Translations under genes and position numbers: made by a program
Shown: in pieces, positions 1 through 10,059 of the stretch
Numbering within the stretch: the first letter of the stretch is position 1
How the letters are laid out: every line of letters starts with the position of its first letter
The notes under the pieces: generated by a model
The model's input: only the letters and a program-made list of their open reading frames with translations
Database searches by the model: none
What the model was told of the DNA's origin: nothing
Assembly: GCA_964454835.1 (NCBI GenBank)
Contig: CAYVTU010000001.1
Coordinates: 22,020 to 86,019 of the forward strand
Length of the DNA stretch: 64,000 nucleotides
Source of the DNA: an uncultured Brachyspira sp.
Lineage (GTDB): Bacteria; Spirochaetota; JAAYUW01
Reading direction: 5' to 3'

Positions 1-780
1 ACATGGGTCGCTTTATTTGTTGGTCCAAAATTTAAACTAGTAATACCTATTATGTTTTTAGCTGGTTTTATAGGAGGTGCTTTTTGGGGGTTGATTCCAG
101 CATATTTGAAAGCGAAACTTGGCATTAATGATATAATATCGAGTTTGATGCTTAATTATGTGGCAGCTCAATTTGTTCAATATCTTATTTATGGTCCATG
201 GAAAGGTAAGCAGCAATATGGTTTCCCTTATACTGATAATTTCCCATCAAACGCAGTAATACCATTTATTAAAGGCTCAAGAATACATTATATAACATTA
301 ATTATTGGTTTAATAGTTGCTATAATCATTTATTTTTTTATTGCAAGAACTAAATATGGTTATGAAATAAGAGTTGTTGGTGAAAATCCTGATGCAGCCA
401 AATATGCGGGTATTAATTTTATCAAAGTAACATTAATTGTAATGATAATAAGTGGCGGTTTGTCTGGTATGGCTGGTGTTGGAGAAGTTTCAGCAATACA
501 TAAGCATTTGACATATCCAGAGCAAGTTTCTTCAGGATATGGGTATACTGGTATTATTGTTGCCTGGCTTTCTTTGTTAAACCCTCTTTTGGTTATATTT
601 TCATCGTTTTTTTTTGGTGGGATTTTAGTTGGAGGTGACATTATTCAAACATCATTCAATCTTCCCCACGCCACAATAAATCTTTTTAATGGTTGTATTT
701 TGTTTGCTGCTCTTATTGGAATGTTTTTTACTGAATTTCATATAAAAGTAAATAAAAAACTAAAGATAAATAGAGAATAA
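1..780 (+). CDS. Nucleoside/purine (CUT2-type) ABC transporter permease, 5'-truncated by the window edge
   Basis: Frame is open from base 1 (TWVALFVGPKFKLVIPIMFL...). Hydrophobic helices and the GYEIRVVGENPDAAKYAGI and SSGYGYTGIIVAWL motifs are typical of BPD_transp_2 permeases. Confidence 0.9.
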   Translation, partial: TWVALFVGPKFKLVIPIMFLAGFIGGAFWGLIPAYLKAKLGINDIISSLMLNYVAAQFVQYLIYGPWKGKQQYGFPYTDNFPSNAVIPFIKGSRIHYITLIIGLIVAIIIYFFIARTKYGYEIRVVGENPDAAKYAGINFIKVTLIVMIISGGLSGMAGVGEVSAIHKHLTYPEQVSSGYGYTGIIVAWLSLLNPLLVIFSSFFFGGILVGGDIIQTSFNLPHATINLFNGCILFAALIGMFFTEFHIKVNKKLKINRE

Positions 781-856
781 ATTAAGAAAATCCATAGCTT
801 TATTAAATAAAATGAAAATAATTATAAATTGAAATTAATTGAATATAAGGTGATTT

Positions 857-1777
857 ATGGATTTAATTATTTCAGTACTTTCAAGGACATTGGTAGCTGG
901 TACACCTTTGCTTTTAGCAACAATTGGTGAAATAATAGCAGAAAGATCTGGGGTTTATAATCTTGGAATAGAAGGTTTAATGTCAATGGGGGCTGTAACC
1001 GCGTTTGGTGTTACATATTTAACTTCAAATCCCTGGTTAGGATTTTTTTCAGCAATTTTTCTTACCGCAATTCTTTCATCTATTCATGCTTTTGTATGTA
1101 TTACATTAAAAGGGAAACAGACCTTATCTGGACTGGCTTTAACTATGGTAGGTATTGGTTTAAGTGGAGTAATAGGACGAAGTTTTATCGGTATCCCTTT
1201 ACCTGCAAGATTTAGTAGTATAAATATAATTTTCCTATCCAAAATTCCTTTTATCGGGAAAATACTATTTTCTCGTGATCCTTTATTCTATCTATCCATT
1301 ATTTTAACTATTCTAGTATGGTTCATAATATTTAAAACTAAACTGGGAATTAATTTACGTTCAATAGGCGAATCTCCAAAAGCAGCTGATTCGGTTGGAT
1401 TAAATGTGAATTCATATCGATATTTCTCTGTCATTATAGGTGGTTCTTTTGCAGGTATGGCTGGAGCATACCTTTCAACTGCTTATATCCCCCAATGGAT
1501 AGAGGGTATGACTGGTGGAAGGGGTTGGATAGTAATAGCTTTGACAATTTTTGCATATTGGAATCCTATGAAAGCTCTTATAGGTGCATATCTTTTTGGA
1601 GGCATATATGTTTTACAGTATCTCTTACAACCTTTAGGGATATCTCCAAGTTTATTGTTGATGCTTCCATATGTTTCAACTCTTTTAGTTTTAATTCTAA
1701 TAGCTGAAAAAAACCTGCTTAAACACATCGGCGCTCCTGAAAGTCTTGGTGAGCCATTTGTAAAAGAAGATAAGTAG
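857..1777 (+). CDS. Nucleoside ABC transporter permease (second subunit)
   Basis: AERSGVYNLGIEG, LRSIGESPKAADSVG and MTGGRGWIVIAL motifs; multi-TM. Confidence 0.92.
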   Translation: MDLIISVLSRTLVAGTPLLLATIGEIIAERSGVYNLGIEGLMSMGAVTAFGVTYLTSNPWLGFFSAIFLTAILSSIHAFVCITLKGKQTLSGLALTMVGIGLSGVIGRSFIGIPLPARFSSINIIFLSKIPFIGKILFSRDPLFYLSIILTILVWFIIFKTKLGINLRSIGESPKAADSVGLNVNSYRYFSVIIGGSFAGMAGAYLSTAYIPQWIEGMTGGRGWIVIALTIFAYWNPMKALIGAYLFGGIYVLQYLLQPLGISPSLLLMLPYVSTLLVLILIAEKNLLKHIGAPESLGEPFVKEDK

Positions 1778-1815
1778 AAAAATAAACGAAATATTAATAT
1801 AATTTTTAAAAAATA

Positions 1816-3573
1816 TTAAATAATTTTTTCTTTTTCTAAGAAAAGATCGACAAAGCAAAATTTATTAACATCAAATATCCCTTTATCTGTAATTTTGATT
1901 TCAGGTATTACAGGAAGAGTCATGAAAGATAACAACATGAAAGGATCATTTAAGCATGATAAGTTTTCTTCTTTTATTATTTTTTTAAGATAATTATATT
2001 TTTCTGTTACCTCTGATAAAGGCATATTTGAAATTAACCCTCCATATATAAGAGGTAGCTCAGCTATAACGCTATTTTCTTTGGTAATTACGATTCCTCC
2101 ATTTATATTGATAAGATGTCTTATTGCGAGGAATAGATCGTCATCATTTTCTCCAATAGCTACAATATTATGAGAATCATGAGAAATAGAACTGGCAAAT
2201 GCTCCTTTTTTTATTCCAAAACCTTTTATAAATCCACAGGTTGGTTTACTATAACCATGATGTCTTTGTAATACAACAATTTTTAAGATATCATTTTTTA
2301 TATCAGATTCTACAAAACCATTTTTAACAAAAGGTTCAACATGAATTTGCTTTGTTAGCAAGGAATTTTCTTTTATTTCTATTACTCTTATTTTTTTATT
2401 TTGATTTATAATCTTCAGATCTTCTTTACTAAATTTGTCAATTTTAAATGTGTTGGTTATTCTTTTTAAGCTAGACTTTTTAATGATATTATTGAAGAAT
2501 TCACCTTTCAATTCATTATTTGCAAATATTATATTTCCATTTTTTATGACATATTTAATAGATTTTAAATCTTTAAAAATTACAAGATCAGCATAATAGC
2601 CAGGAGCAATTCCTCCTCTTTGCTTAAATCCAAAAAATTGACATGGATTTAATGTAGCAAGTTTTATCGCGGTAGGAAGTGAAACCTTATGTTTAAGTAA
2701 TTTATTGATAGAATAATTTATATGTCCCTCTTTTATTATATCATCTGGTTCTTTATCGTCTGTGCATAAAAGAATTCTATTTTTTGTAGAATCATTTATT
2801 ATTTCAGCTAGATTATCAAGATCTTTTGCCACAGATCCTTCTCGCATCATTATATACATCCCTTTTGAAAGTTTTTCCATGGCTTCATCAAATGTTGTAC
2901 ATTCATGATCCGAGTAGATGCCAGCAGAAATATATGCATTCAACTCTTTCCCTAAAAGATTTGGACTATGTCCATCTATTATCATATCTTTAAATAAGAT
3001 AATTTTTTGGAGAATACTTTTTTCAGAATTTATAACGGCTGGATAATTCATGACTTCTGCAAGCCCTAAAATTTGAGTATATTTTTTAAGTTTTCTTAGA
3101 TATCTTGAATCTAATTTTTTGAAATTAGTTTCAAAATTAGTCGCTGGGACACAACTCGAAGCCATAAAAAATATATCGATTGGTAGAGATTTTGAATTAT
3201 TGATAAGAAATTCTATACCCTCAATTCCGCATACATTTGCTATTTCATGTGGATCAGCAATTATGCATGTCGTCCCTAATGGTAATAATGCTTTAGATAA
3301 TTCATAAGGAGTAAGCTTAGTACTTTCAATATGGATATGTGAATCTATAAAAGAAGGAGAAACATAGCAATTTTCTGCATCAATGATATCATATCCTTCT
3401 TCATAATCACCTATGCCCGCAATTTTGTTTTTATAAATAGCAATATTGGCTTGCTCAATTTTTTCATTAAATACATTTATTATTTTTGCATTTTTTATTA
3501 TTATATCGGCTTTAACAAGTTTATTTGCAACTGCGATCATATTCTTTAATTCATAATAATCATTTTTTATCAT
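1816..3573 (-). CDS. ade: Adenine deaminase (amidohydrolase superfamily)
   Basis: 585 aa; metal-binding FIDSHIHIES, plus ADPHEIANV, IDGHSP, SDHEC, CTDD, SSISHDSHN and DPFMLLSFMTLPVIPE. Confidence 0.95.
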   Translation of the reverse strand: MIKNDYYELKNMIAVANKLVKADIIIKNAKIINVFNEKIEQANIAIYKNKIAGIGDYEEGYDIIDAENCYVSPSFIDSHIHIESTKLTPYELSKALLPLGTTCIIADPHEIANVCGIEGIEFLINNSKSLPIDIFFMASSCVPATNFETNFKKLDSRYLRKLKKYTQILGLAEVMNYPAVINSEKSILQKIILFKDMIIDGHSPNLLGKELNAYISAGIYSDHECTTFDEAMEKLSKGMYIMMREGSVAKDLDNLAEIINDSTKNRILLCTDDKEPDDIIKEGHINYSINKLLKHKVSLPTAIKLATLNPCQFFGFKQRGGIAPGYYADLVIFKDLKSIKYVIKNGNIIFANNELKGEFFNNIIKKSSLKRITNTFKIDKFSKEDLKIINQNKKIRVIEIKENSLLTKQIHVEPFVKNGFVESDIKNDILKIVVLQRHHGYSKPTCGFIKGFGIKKGAFASSISHDSHNIVAIGENDDDLFLAIRHLININGGIVITKENSVIAELPLIYGGLISNMPLSEVTEKYNYLKKIIKEENLSCLNDPFMLLSFMTLPVIPEIKITDKGIFDVNKFCFVDLFLEKEKII

Positions 3574-3744
3574 AGATTATATCCTAATAAAACCATATTA
3601 TAATAAGTTAAAAAATAGTATAAATAGTTATTAAGTAAAAAAAGTAAAATATGTTAATCTATGTTTTTCTCTTTAAAATATCGTAAAATTATATTGATAT
3701 ATTTTGCTAAAGTTTTATAATTAAACAAAGAAGGAGGAAGTTGA

Positions 3745-4941
3745 ATGAAAAAAAAGGCAATTCTTCTATTTAGTATTTCAATACTCTTAATTATTTCAAT
3801 TATCTTATTTTCATGCGCAAAAGGAAGTGAAACAAGCAAAGCAGCACAAATTCAAGGGAAAACATTGAAAGCAGGATTTATTTATGTTGGACCAATTGGG
3901 GATTATGGTTGGTCAAATGCACATGATATTGGCAGGAAATATGTAGAAAGCAAATTCCCATGGTTAAAAACAGTTTATATTGAAAATGTACCAGAGGGTG
4001 ATGTTGAAAGATATATTGATAGACTTATTAACGAAGAAAAATGCGATATAGTATTTACCACAAGTTTTGGTTTTATGGATGGTACAGTAAACGCTGCGAA
4101 AAAATATCCTGATAAGTTATTTATGCACTGCTCAGGATATAAGAGAGAAAAAAATCTTGGCACTTATTTTGCAGAACTTTATCAATCTTATTATCTTACA
4201 GGATTAATGGCAGGAGCCTTAACAAAATCTAACAAAATAGGATATGTTGGCGCTCATCCTATTCCAGAAGTTATCAGGCATATAAATGCATTTGCTCTTG
4301 GCGTTAAAGAAGCGAATCCAAATGCAAAAGTATATGTTAGATGGCTTTTTTCTTGGTATGACCCTGCAAAAGCAAAAGAAGCAGCAGAATCATTAATTTC
4401 TGAAGGCATAGATGCTTTGGCTTTTACCGAAGACTCGACAGCTGTAGTAGATGTTGGAGAAGAACATACAAAAAATGGAAAACAAATTTATGTTTTTTCA
4501 CATTATAGCCCTATGCAAAAATTTGGTGAAGATACAGTTGTTTCCGGGCAACTTGTTGATTGGGGTATTATGTATGAAGAAATTCTCAGAAGAATATATA
4601 CAAATACATGGGATAATAGAGATTATTGGTGGTTAATGAAAGAAGGTGCATGTTTGTTAGGTGGTGAATACGGACAATTAATTAATCCAAAATTTGTAGA
4701 TAAACTTAAATCAATAAATCTTAATGACCCTATCTTTGGTAAACTTTCAGTTTATGATTTAGTTATGAAAAGGATAGCTCAGATGAGTGAAGCCACAGTG
4801 CTTTTTGATCCTTTTACAGGTCCAATAAAAGATAATAAAGGTATATTAAAAATTCCCGCAGGTGTTAGAGCATCTTATGAAACACTTTGGAATATAGATT
4901 GGTTTGTAAGCAACATTGTCGGTAATATTCCAAAACAATAA
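3745..4941 (+). CDS. BMP family purine/nucleoside-binding lipoprotein of an ABC transporter
   Basis: Lipobox-like ILFSC; GFIYVGPIGDYGWSNAHD, FTTSFGFMD and GAHPIPEVIRHINAFALG; strong SD (aaggagg) upstream. Confidence 0.93.
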   Translation: MKKKAILLFSISILLIISIILFSCAKGSETSKAAQIQGKTLKAGFIYVGPIGDYGWSNAHDIGRKYVESKFPWLKTVYIENVPEGDVERYIDRLINEEKCDIVFTTSFGFMDGTVNAAKKYPDKLFMHCSGYKREKNLGTYFAELYQSYYLTGLMAGALTKSNKIGYVGAHPIPEVIRHINAFALGVKEANPNAKVYVRWLFSWYDPAKAKEAAESLISEGIDALAFTEDSTAVVDVGEEHTKNGKQIYVFSHYSPMQKFGEDTVVSGQLVDWGIMYEEILRRIYTNTWDNRDYWWLMKEGACLLGGEYGQLINPKFVDKLKSINLNDPIFGKLSVYDLVMKRIAQMSEATVLFDPFTGPIKDNKGILKIPAGVRASYETLWNIDWFVSNIVGNIPKQ

Positions 4942-4953
4942 CATTATTTCCAT

Positions 4954-4993
4954 ATATGGTTGAGTGGAGATATTTCCATTCAACCATATTTTT
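4954..4993 (+). terminator. 15-bp hairpin with T-run between the BMP and ATPase genes (terminator or mRNA-stabilising stem)
   Basis: atatggttgagtgga-gatatt-tccattcaaccatat (one G.U pair), followed by T residues. Confidence 0.7.
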
Positions 4994-5014
4994 ATTATTT
5001 AAAAAGGTAACAAA

Positions 5015-6520
5015 ATGCGCAAATTATCTTTAAAAGGAATATATAAAGAATTTCCTGGTGTTATAGCAAACAATGATATATCGTTAGATTTTCAGTGTTC
5101 TTCTGTTCATGCATTATTAGGTGAAAATGGTGCTGGTAAGACAACTTTAATGAATATAATTTATGGGATATATAAACCTGATAAAGGAGATATATTAATC
5201 GACGATAGAAAGGTCGATATAAAAAGTCCGAAAGATGCTATAAAATATGGTATCGGAATGGTTCATCAACATTTTATGCTTGTTCAAAAGCATACAGTAT
5301 ATGAAAATATTTGTCTTGGATTAAAAGATGCTCCTTTTATTAATCCAAATAAAAATTATTCTAAAAAACTTAGAGAAATAAGTGAGAAATTTGGCCTTAT
5401 GATTAATCCCGAGGCTAAAATATGGCAATTGTCTGCCGGGGAACAACAAAGGGTTGAGATTATTAAAGCATTGATAAGAGGAGCAAAATTCCTTATTCTC
5501 GATGAACCAACTTCGGTTTTGACTCCTCAAGAAGTAGAAGGTTTATTTAATACTATTAAAGAACTTATGAAAGATGGTCTTGGTGTGATATTTATTTCCC
5601 ATAAACTTGATGAGGTCTTTTCAATAAGTGATAAGATAACAGTTTTAAGAAATGGTAAAATCATAGATAGCTTAAATCCTTCTTCAACTGATAAGAAGAA
5701 ACTGGCTAAATTAATGATTGGAGAGGAAATTCAGTTAAATTATAATAAAAGGAACAATACCAAAAAAGAAAATGCATTAGATATAAAAAACCTCTGGGTA
5801 AAAGGAGATAAGGGTTTATATTCCATAAAAAATATATCTTTTTCATTGTATAAGGGTGAAATATTGGGAGTAGCAGGGGTATCAGGGAACGGGCAAAAAG
5901 AGCTGATTGAAGCAATTACTGGCCTCAGGAAATACGAAAAAGGGGAAATTAAGGTTTTAAATACCGATATTAAGAATAAATCAGCTAAAGAAATACGTAA
6001 CTTACAAGTGGCTCATATACCAGAAGAAAGATTGAGATTTGGTGCAATAGGGAATTTCTCAGTATTTGATAATATAATTTTAGAAGATTATGATAAAACA
6101 AATTATTACGAAAAAGGGTTTATTTCTATAAACAAAGTAAAAGAAAAGACAAAAGAAATAGTAAAAAAGTTTAATGTTTATACTCCATCAATTGAGACAC
6201 CTATAAAACTTTTATCGGGTGGTAATATCCAGAAATTGATTTGTGGCCGAGAATTGAATTCAAATCCGAAAGTTATTATCGCTGCACATCCAACTTACGG
6301 ATTGGATATATCAGCAACAGAATTTATTAGAAATTTATTGTTAAAAAAAAGAGAAGAAGGTGTGGCAATTTTATTAGTTTCAGAAGATTTAGAAGAAATA
6401 TTAAATCTTTCAGATAGGGTAATTGTAATGTTTGAAGGAAAAATATCGGGTGAATTTATTCCTGAATCTATCAAATTAGAAGATATAGGCATGATGATGG
6501 CTGGAGTAAAAAAACTGTGA
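5015..6520 (+). CDS. Nucleoside ABC transporter ATP-binding protein with two NBDs
   Basis: Walker A GENGAGKT, LSAGEQQRVEI, LILDEPT; second NBD has LSGGNIQK and a degenerate Walker B (AAHPTYGLD). Confidence 0.95.
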   Translation: MRKLSLKGIYKEFPGVIANNDISLDFQCSSVHALLGENGAGKTTLMNIIYGIYKPDKGDILIDDRKVDIKSPKDAIKYGIGMVHQHFMLVQKHTVYENICLGLKDAPFINPNKNYSKKLREISEKFGLMINPEAKIWQLSAGEQQRVEIIKALIRGAKFLILDEPTSVLTPQEVEGLFNTIKELMKDGLGVIFISHKLDEVFSISDKITVLRNGKIIDSLNPSSTDKKKLAKLMIGEEIQLNYNKRNNTKKENALDIKNLWVKGDKGLYSIKNISFSLYKGEILGVAGVSGNGQKELIEAITGLRKYEKGEIKVLNTDIKNKSAKEIRNLQVAHIPEERLRFGAIGNFSVFDNIILEDYDKTNYYEKGFISINKVKEKTKEIVKKFNVYTPSIETPIKLLSGGNIQKLICGRELNSNPKVIIAAHPTYGLDISATEFIRNLLLKKREEGVAILLVSEDLEEILNLSDRVIVMFEGKISGEFIPESIKLEDIGMMMAGVKKL

Positions 6521-6664
6521 ATAATTTGTGAAAAAAAATAATAATTTATATTTATAAGAATTTTTAAATTCTTGAAATGCCTTTTAATAAAAAGATAAGA
6601 ATAGATAGTTATAAAAATTTGTACAATTTAGCTTTTAACAACTTGTGAATAAGTTGGGAATAAA

Positions 6665-7126
6665 ATGGCCAAAACAATTTACTTAATTTCCGTTGGAAAA
6701 GCAACTAATAAAGATATATCAATGATTATAGAAGAATATTTGAAAAGAATTTCACCTTTTTTCGAGATAAATTCGAAAGAAATAAAGGAATTTGGCTTAT
6801 CAAGCGAAGCAGAAAAAATAAAAGAAGGGAAGAAAATAATCGAATCAATTCCCAATGATTCTTATATAATTGTTTGCGATGAAAAAGGGAAATCTTTGAA
6901 TTCTGAAAGTTTTTTCAACTTAATAGATAGAAGTTTATCAAACAAAAAATCAATTTCTTTAATTATAGGGGGTGCATTTGGTTTGTCCGATGAAGTCAGA
7001 GATAAAGCAGATTTAATTCTTTCTCTTTCATCTATGACACTGACTCATCAAATCGCTAAATTAGTTATTGTAGAACAATTATATCGTTATTGCATGTTTA
7101 AAGAGAATCATCCTTTTATAAAATAA
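6665..7126 (+). CDS. rlmH: 23S rRNA (pseudouridine-1915-N3)-methyltransferase, SPOUT family
   Basis: 153 aa; IVCDEKGK, IIGGAFG, LSLSSMTLTHQIAKL..EQLYR. Confidence 0.88.
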   Translation: MAKTIYLISVGKATNKDISMIIEEYLKRISPFFEINSKEIKEFGLSSEAEKIKEGKKIIESIPNDSYIIVCDEKGKSLNSESFFNLIDRSLSNKKSISLIIGGAFGLSDEVRDKADLILSLSSMTLTHQIAKLVIVEQLYRYCMFKENHPFIK

Positions 7127-7137
7127 GATTTACCAAT

Positions 7138-8157
7138 TTATAATTTATTGATGAATTTTTTTTCAAAATATTTACATGAATCTGCTATAGTATCATCAAA
7201 ATTATAGTAAGAGTGATTAAATTCCATTATGCTTTTTTCATTTGAATAATAAGCTTTGTTTCCACTTAATTTACCATAATCAAAAGTCAAAAGAGGTTTT
7301 TTACCTGTAATATATGAGATAAACTCAAGGATAAGTCCTGCAATCGATAGAAAAAATGGACTGACTATAAAAGGATATGTTTTTTTCCCCGAATATTTTT
7401 CTATTGTTTTAATAACATTTTTATAAGTCAAATTTTTCCCAACTAATAGGTATTTATCAGGTTTATAATCAAATTTTATGTTTTTAACTATTATCTTAGC
7501 AATATCTCTAACATCTACAACTGCTAATCCACCAGCGAAACATCCATACATCTTGTTTTCATAAACCTTTTTATATATCTGATTATGTGGAGTATTAATA
7601 TCAGGATCTCCTGGGCCCATGATAGATGCGGGACATAGTATTATAGCATTCAGTTTTTCTTCTAAGATTGCATTTTCAACAATTAATTGTCCTTTAAACT
7701 TTGTCTGCATATAATATAGGTTTTTAGAATAATTAAATTTAGTATTTTCATCTGATATATCTCCATTTTTATTAAAACCAATAGCTCCTACTGATGAAAT
7801 ATGAATCAGTTTTTTTACTTTATTATTTATACATGAATTAACTATGTTTTCAGTTCCATTAACATTTACATTTATAAGATTTTTTAAATCTTTTCTCCAA
7901 TAGGAAATTAGACCTGCTGTGTGAATTACGATATCCATCCCTTTGATTGCATTATCTATTTCTTCAAAATTGCATATATTGCCATGAATTATTTTTAAAT
8001 CATATTTATCTGAATATTTATCAATATCTTTTTTGTATTTATCATAAGGCAAGACAAATGCAGATACATCTGCATTTTTTAATTCATTATCATTATAGAT
8101 GTAGGATAGAATAGTTTGTCCTAAAAAACCAGTAGCACCTGTTATTAAAATTTTCAT
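7138..8157 (-). CDS. Extended SDR / NAD-dependent epimerase-dehydratase (DFR/HpnA-like)
   Basis: TGATGFLG, HTAG, HISSVGA and catalytic YMQTK. Confidence 0.85.
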   Translation of the reverse strand: MKILITGATGFLGQTILSYIYNDNELKNADVSAFVLPYDKYKKDIDKYSDKYDLKIIHGNICNFEEIDNAIKGMDIVIHTAGLISYWRKDLKNLINVNVNGTENIVNSCINNKVKKLIHISSVGAIGFNKNGDISDENTKFNYSKNLYYMQTKFKGQLIVENAILEEKLNAIILCPASIMGPGDPDINTPHNQIYKKVYENKMYGCFAGGLAVVDVRDIAKIIVKNIKFDYKPDKYLLVGKNLTYKNVIKTIEKYSGKKTYPFIVSPFFLSIAGLILEFISYITGKKPLLTFDYGKLSGNKAYYSNEKSIMEFNHSYYNFDDTIADSCKYFEKKFINKL

Positions 8158-8218
8158 AAAACCTGCTTTTAATTTTAATTGAAATTTAAATTAGATAAAA
8201 TTTTATCTTTATTTATTA

Positions 8219-9031
8219 TTATTTCCTTAATTTTATAAAAAAATCAGTAGTAATTCCTAAGAATGCATGAATAAAAATAGTATAGAAAATAGAATCTGTA
8301 AATAAAGAAATTATTCCAAAAATAAAACCACCGAATAAAGCTGCAAAAATTTCTGTTTGCGGATGGCCAATATGGAATAAAGTCGATATAATTGTCTGAA
8401 TTGAAATTGATATAAAAATAATAAACAAAAAAGGATTTGTCATATTAAACTTAAACTGGTTTAAATTTGATGCGAAATCTATAAAAAGATATTTGAAAGA
8501 ATTTTCAGATAAAGAATTACCAAAAAAAACAAGAAGTGCATTCTGGAAAAATCCTCTAAATATAAATTCCCAGACTGTATAATAAAAAATAAGATATAAG
8601 ATTTCAATAGATATAAATTTTTTCCAATTTTTTAATGATTCTTTTGAAAATGGGTAGAATTTGATGATGTTTTTATCCTGATTCCTTTGTATTAAAAGTA
8701 TTAAAGGAATAGAAAGAATGCACAAAGAAATACCAAGTTTAAAGTTACCAAAATTAACCTTAAAAACATTTTTTAAAATAAAATTAAAAATTTGTTGATT
8801 TTGGTGATTTGCATAAATAAATATATAGATAAATAAGATAGGTAAAACTAAAATAAAAGAAAAGAATATGACAAAATAAAAAATAGTTGCCTTATAATCA
8901 TTTTGAATTTTTTTTTGTAAAATATTTATGGAAAAAACTGTTTTAAGTAATGTGATACTAAGAGAATAGTAAAAAAATAATATCGTAACTATTTTTATAA
9001 TAATTAAATTTAAAAAACTTATATTTTCCAA
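8219..9031 (-). CDS. CPBP (CAAX protease/Abi) family intramembrane protein
   Basis: Multi-TM; WEFIFRG (variant of EExxFR), LFHIGH and IFIHAFLG. Confidence 0.8.
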   Translation of the reverse strand: MENISFLNLIIIKIVTILFFYYSLSITLLKTVFSINILQKKIQNDYKATIFYFVIFFSFILVLPILFIYIFIYANHQNQQIFNFILKNVFKVNFGNFKLGISLCILSIPLILLIQRNQDKNIIKFYPFSKESLKNWKKFISIEILYLIFYYTVWEFIFRGFFQNALLVFFGNSLSENSFKYLFIDFASNLNQFKFNMTNPFLFIIFISISIQTIISTLFHIGHPQTEIFAALFGGFIFGIISLFTDSIFYTIFIHAFLGITTDFFIKLRK

Positions 9032-9044
9032 AATAGTCCTTTAT

Positions 9045-10043
9045 TTATATTTGAGAGTTACCTTTTACTTCAATATACCATCTATATATATCTTCAAGAT
9101 CTTTTTCATAGTCATCGATTATTGTTAGTTTTAAATCTTTTATGGCTTCAGAAATATCATAAGAAGTATTAGATGTAATTCTGGTAATTCTGTAAGGTGT
9201 CAAAGATGGTTTAAAATTTGGAAATATCCTGTGAATAAGCAAAGAAACAGCAGCAGTTATCATGGCAATAATTTCAGGTATATATATCCATTGTAATTTA
9301 TTAAATTTCTTCTGAAAAAATTTAAAAAACTGTTTCCATGTAATTTTAAAACCAGAAGTAATTGTATAGATTTTATTATTTGATTGTTCAAATTTGATAG
9401 AATTTTCGACAGCTTCACATAAAATTCTTGAAGAACAAAAGGGAAAGATATAGTTGCCACTTCCAACAATTACCGGGAATCCTCCTTCTATCGCTTTAAG
9501 CATATGATAGCAAGATGTTCTATCTCTGGGTCCATAAACGTCTGCTGGCCTTAAAATTGTATAAGTTATTTTATCTTTTGTACAGTTTTTAATAAAGAAT
9601 TCTTCTGTTTTTTTCTTATAGTAAACATAATAATTTTTCTTAATTGGTTTACCAGGATTTTTTTCTGAGATATCTAATTTTTTATATCCAAGAACAAGAG
9701 AGGTGGAAATATAGATAAATTTTTTTAAATTTTTTTGTTTTTTAATTACTTTTTCATAAAAATTAATGCTGATATCAAAGATATTTTTTTTGGCAATTTC
9801 ATTTTTGGCAAAATCAGATACTACAGATGCACAGTGAATTATATAATCAAAATCATCTGGGAAAGCTTCTTCATCTATATTACATAGATCAACTGTTATC
9901 TTATTAATCTGAATATTTTGTATTAAGGACAAATTTGATAAAGGTCTAACAGTACCATATACCTGATATCCCTTTTCTATAAAAAAATAAGCAAGATTTG
10001 AACCGATAAATCCATTAATGCCAGTAATTAGTATTTTCTCCAT
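9045..10043 (-). CDS. Extended SDR (3beta-HSD/epimerase-like)
   Basis: TGINGFIG, HCAS, YISTS, YxxxK (YVYYK) and LRPADVYGPRD. Confidence 0.85.
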   Translation of the reverse strand: MEKILITGINGFIGSNLAYFFIEKGYQVYGTVRPLSNLSLIQNIQINKITVDLCNIDEEAFPDDFDYIIHCASVVSDFAKNEIAKKNIFDISINFYEKVIKKQKNLKKFIYISTSLVLGYKKLDISEKNPGKPIKKNYYVYYKKKTEEFFIKNCTKDKITYTILRPADVYGPRDRTSCYHMLKAIEGGFPVIVGSGNYIFPFCSSRILCEAVENSIKFEQSNNKIYTITSGFKITWKQFFKFFQKKFNKLQWIYIPEIIAMITAAVSLLIHRIFPNFKPSLTPYRITRITSNTSYDISEAIKDLKLTIIDDYEKDLEDIYRWYIEVKGNSQI

Positions 10044-10059
10044 ATTTTATAAAATTAAA

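Noticed and set aside
3574-3744. Purine riboswitch ahead of ade or the BMP gene
   Set aside because: AT-rich with no GC stems or the conserved aptamer core (GAUAUGG, GUUUCUAC, CCGUAAA).
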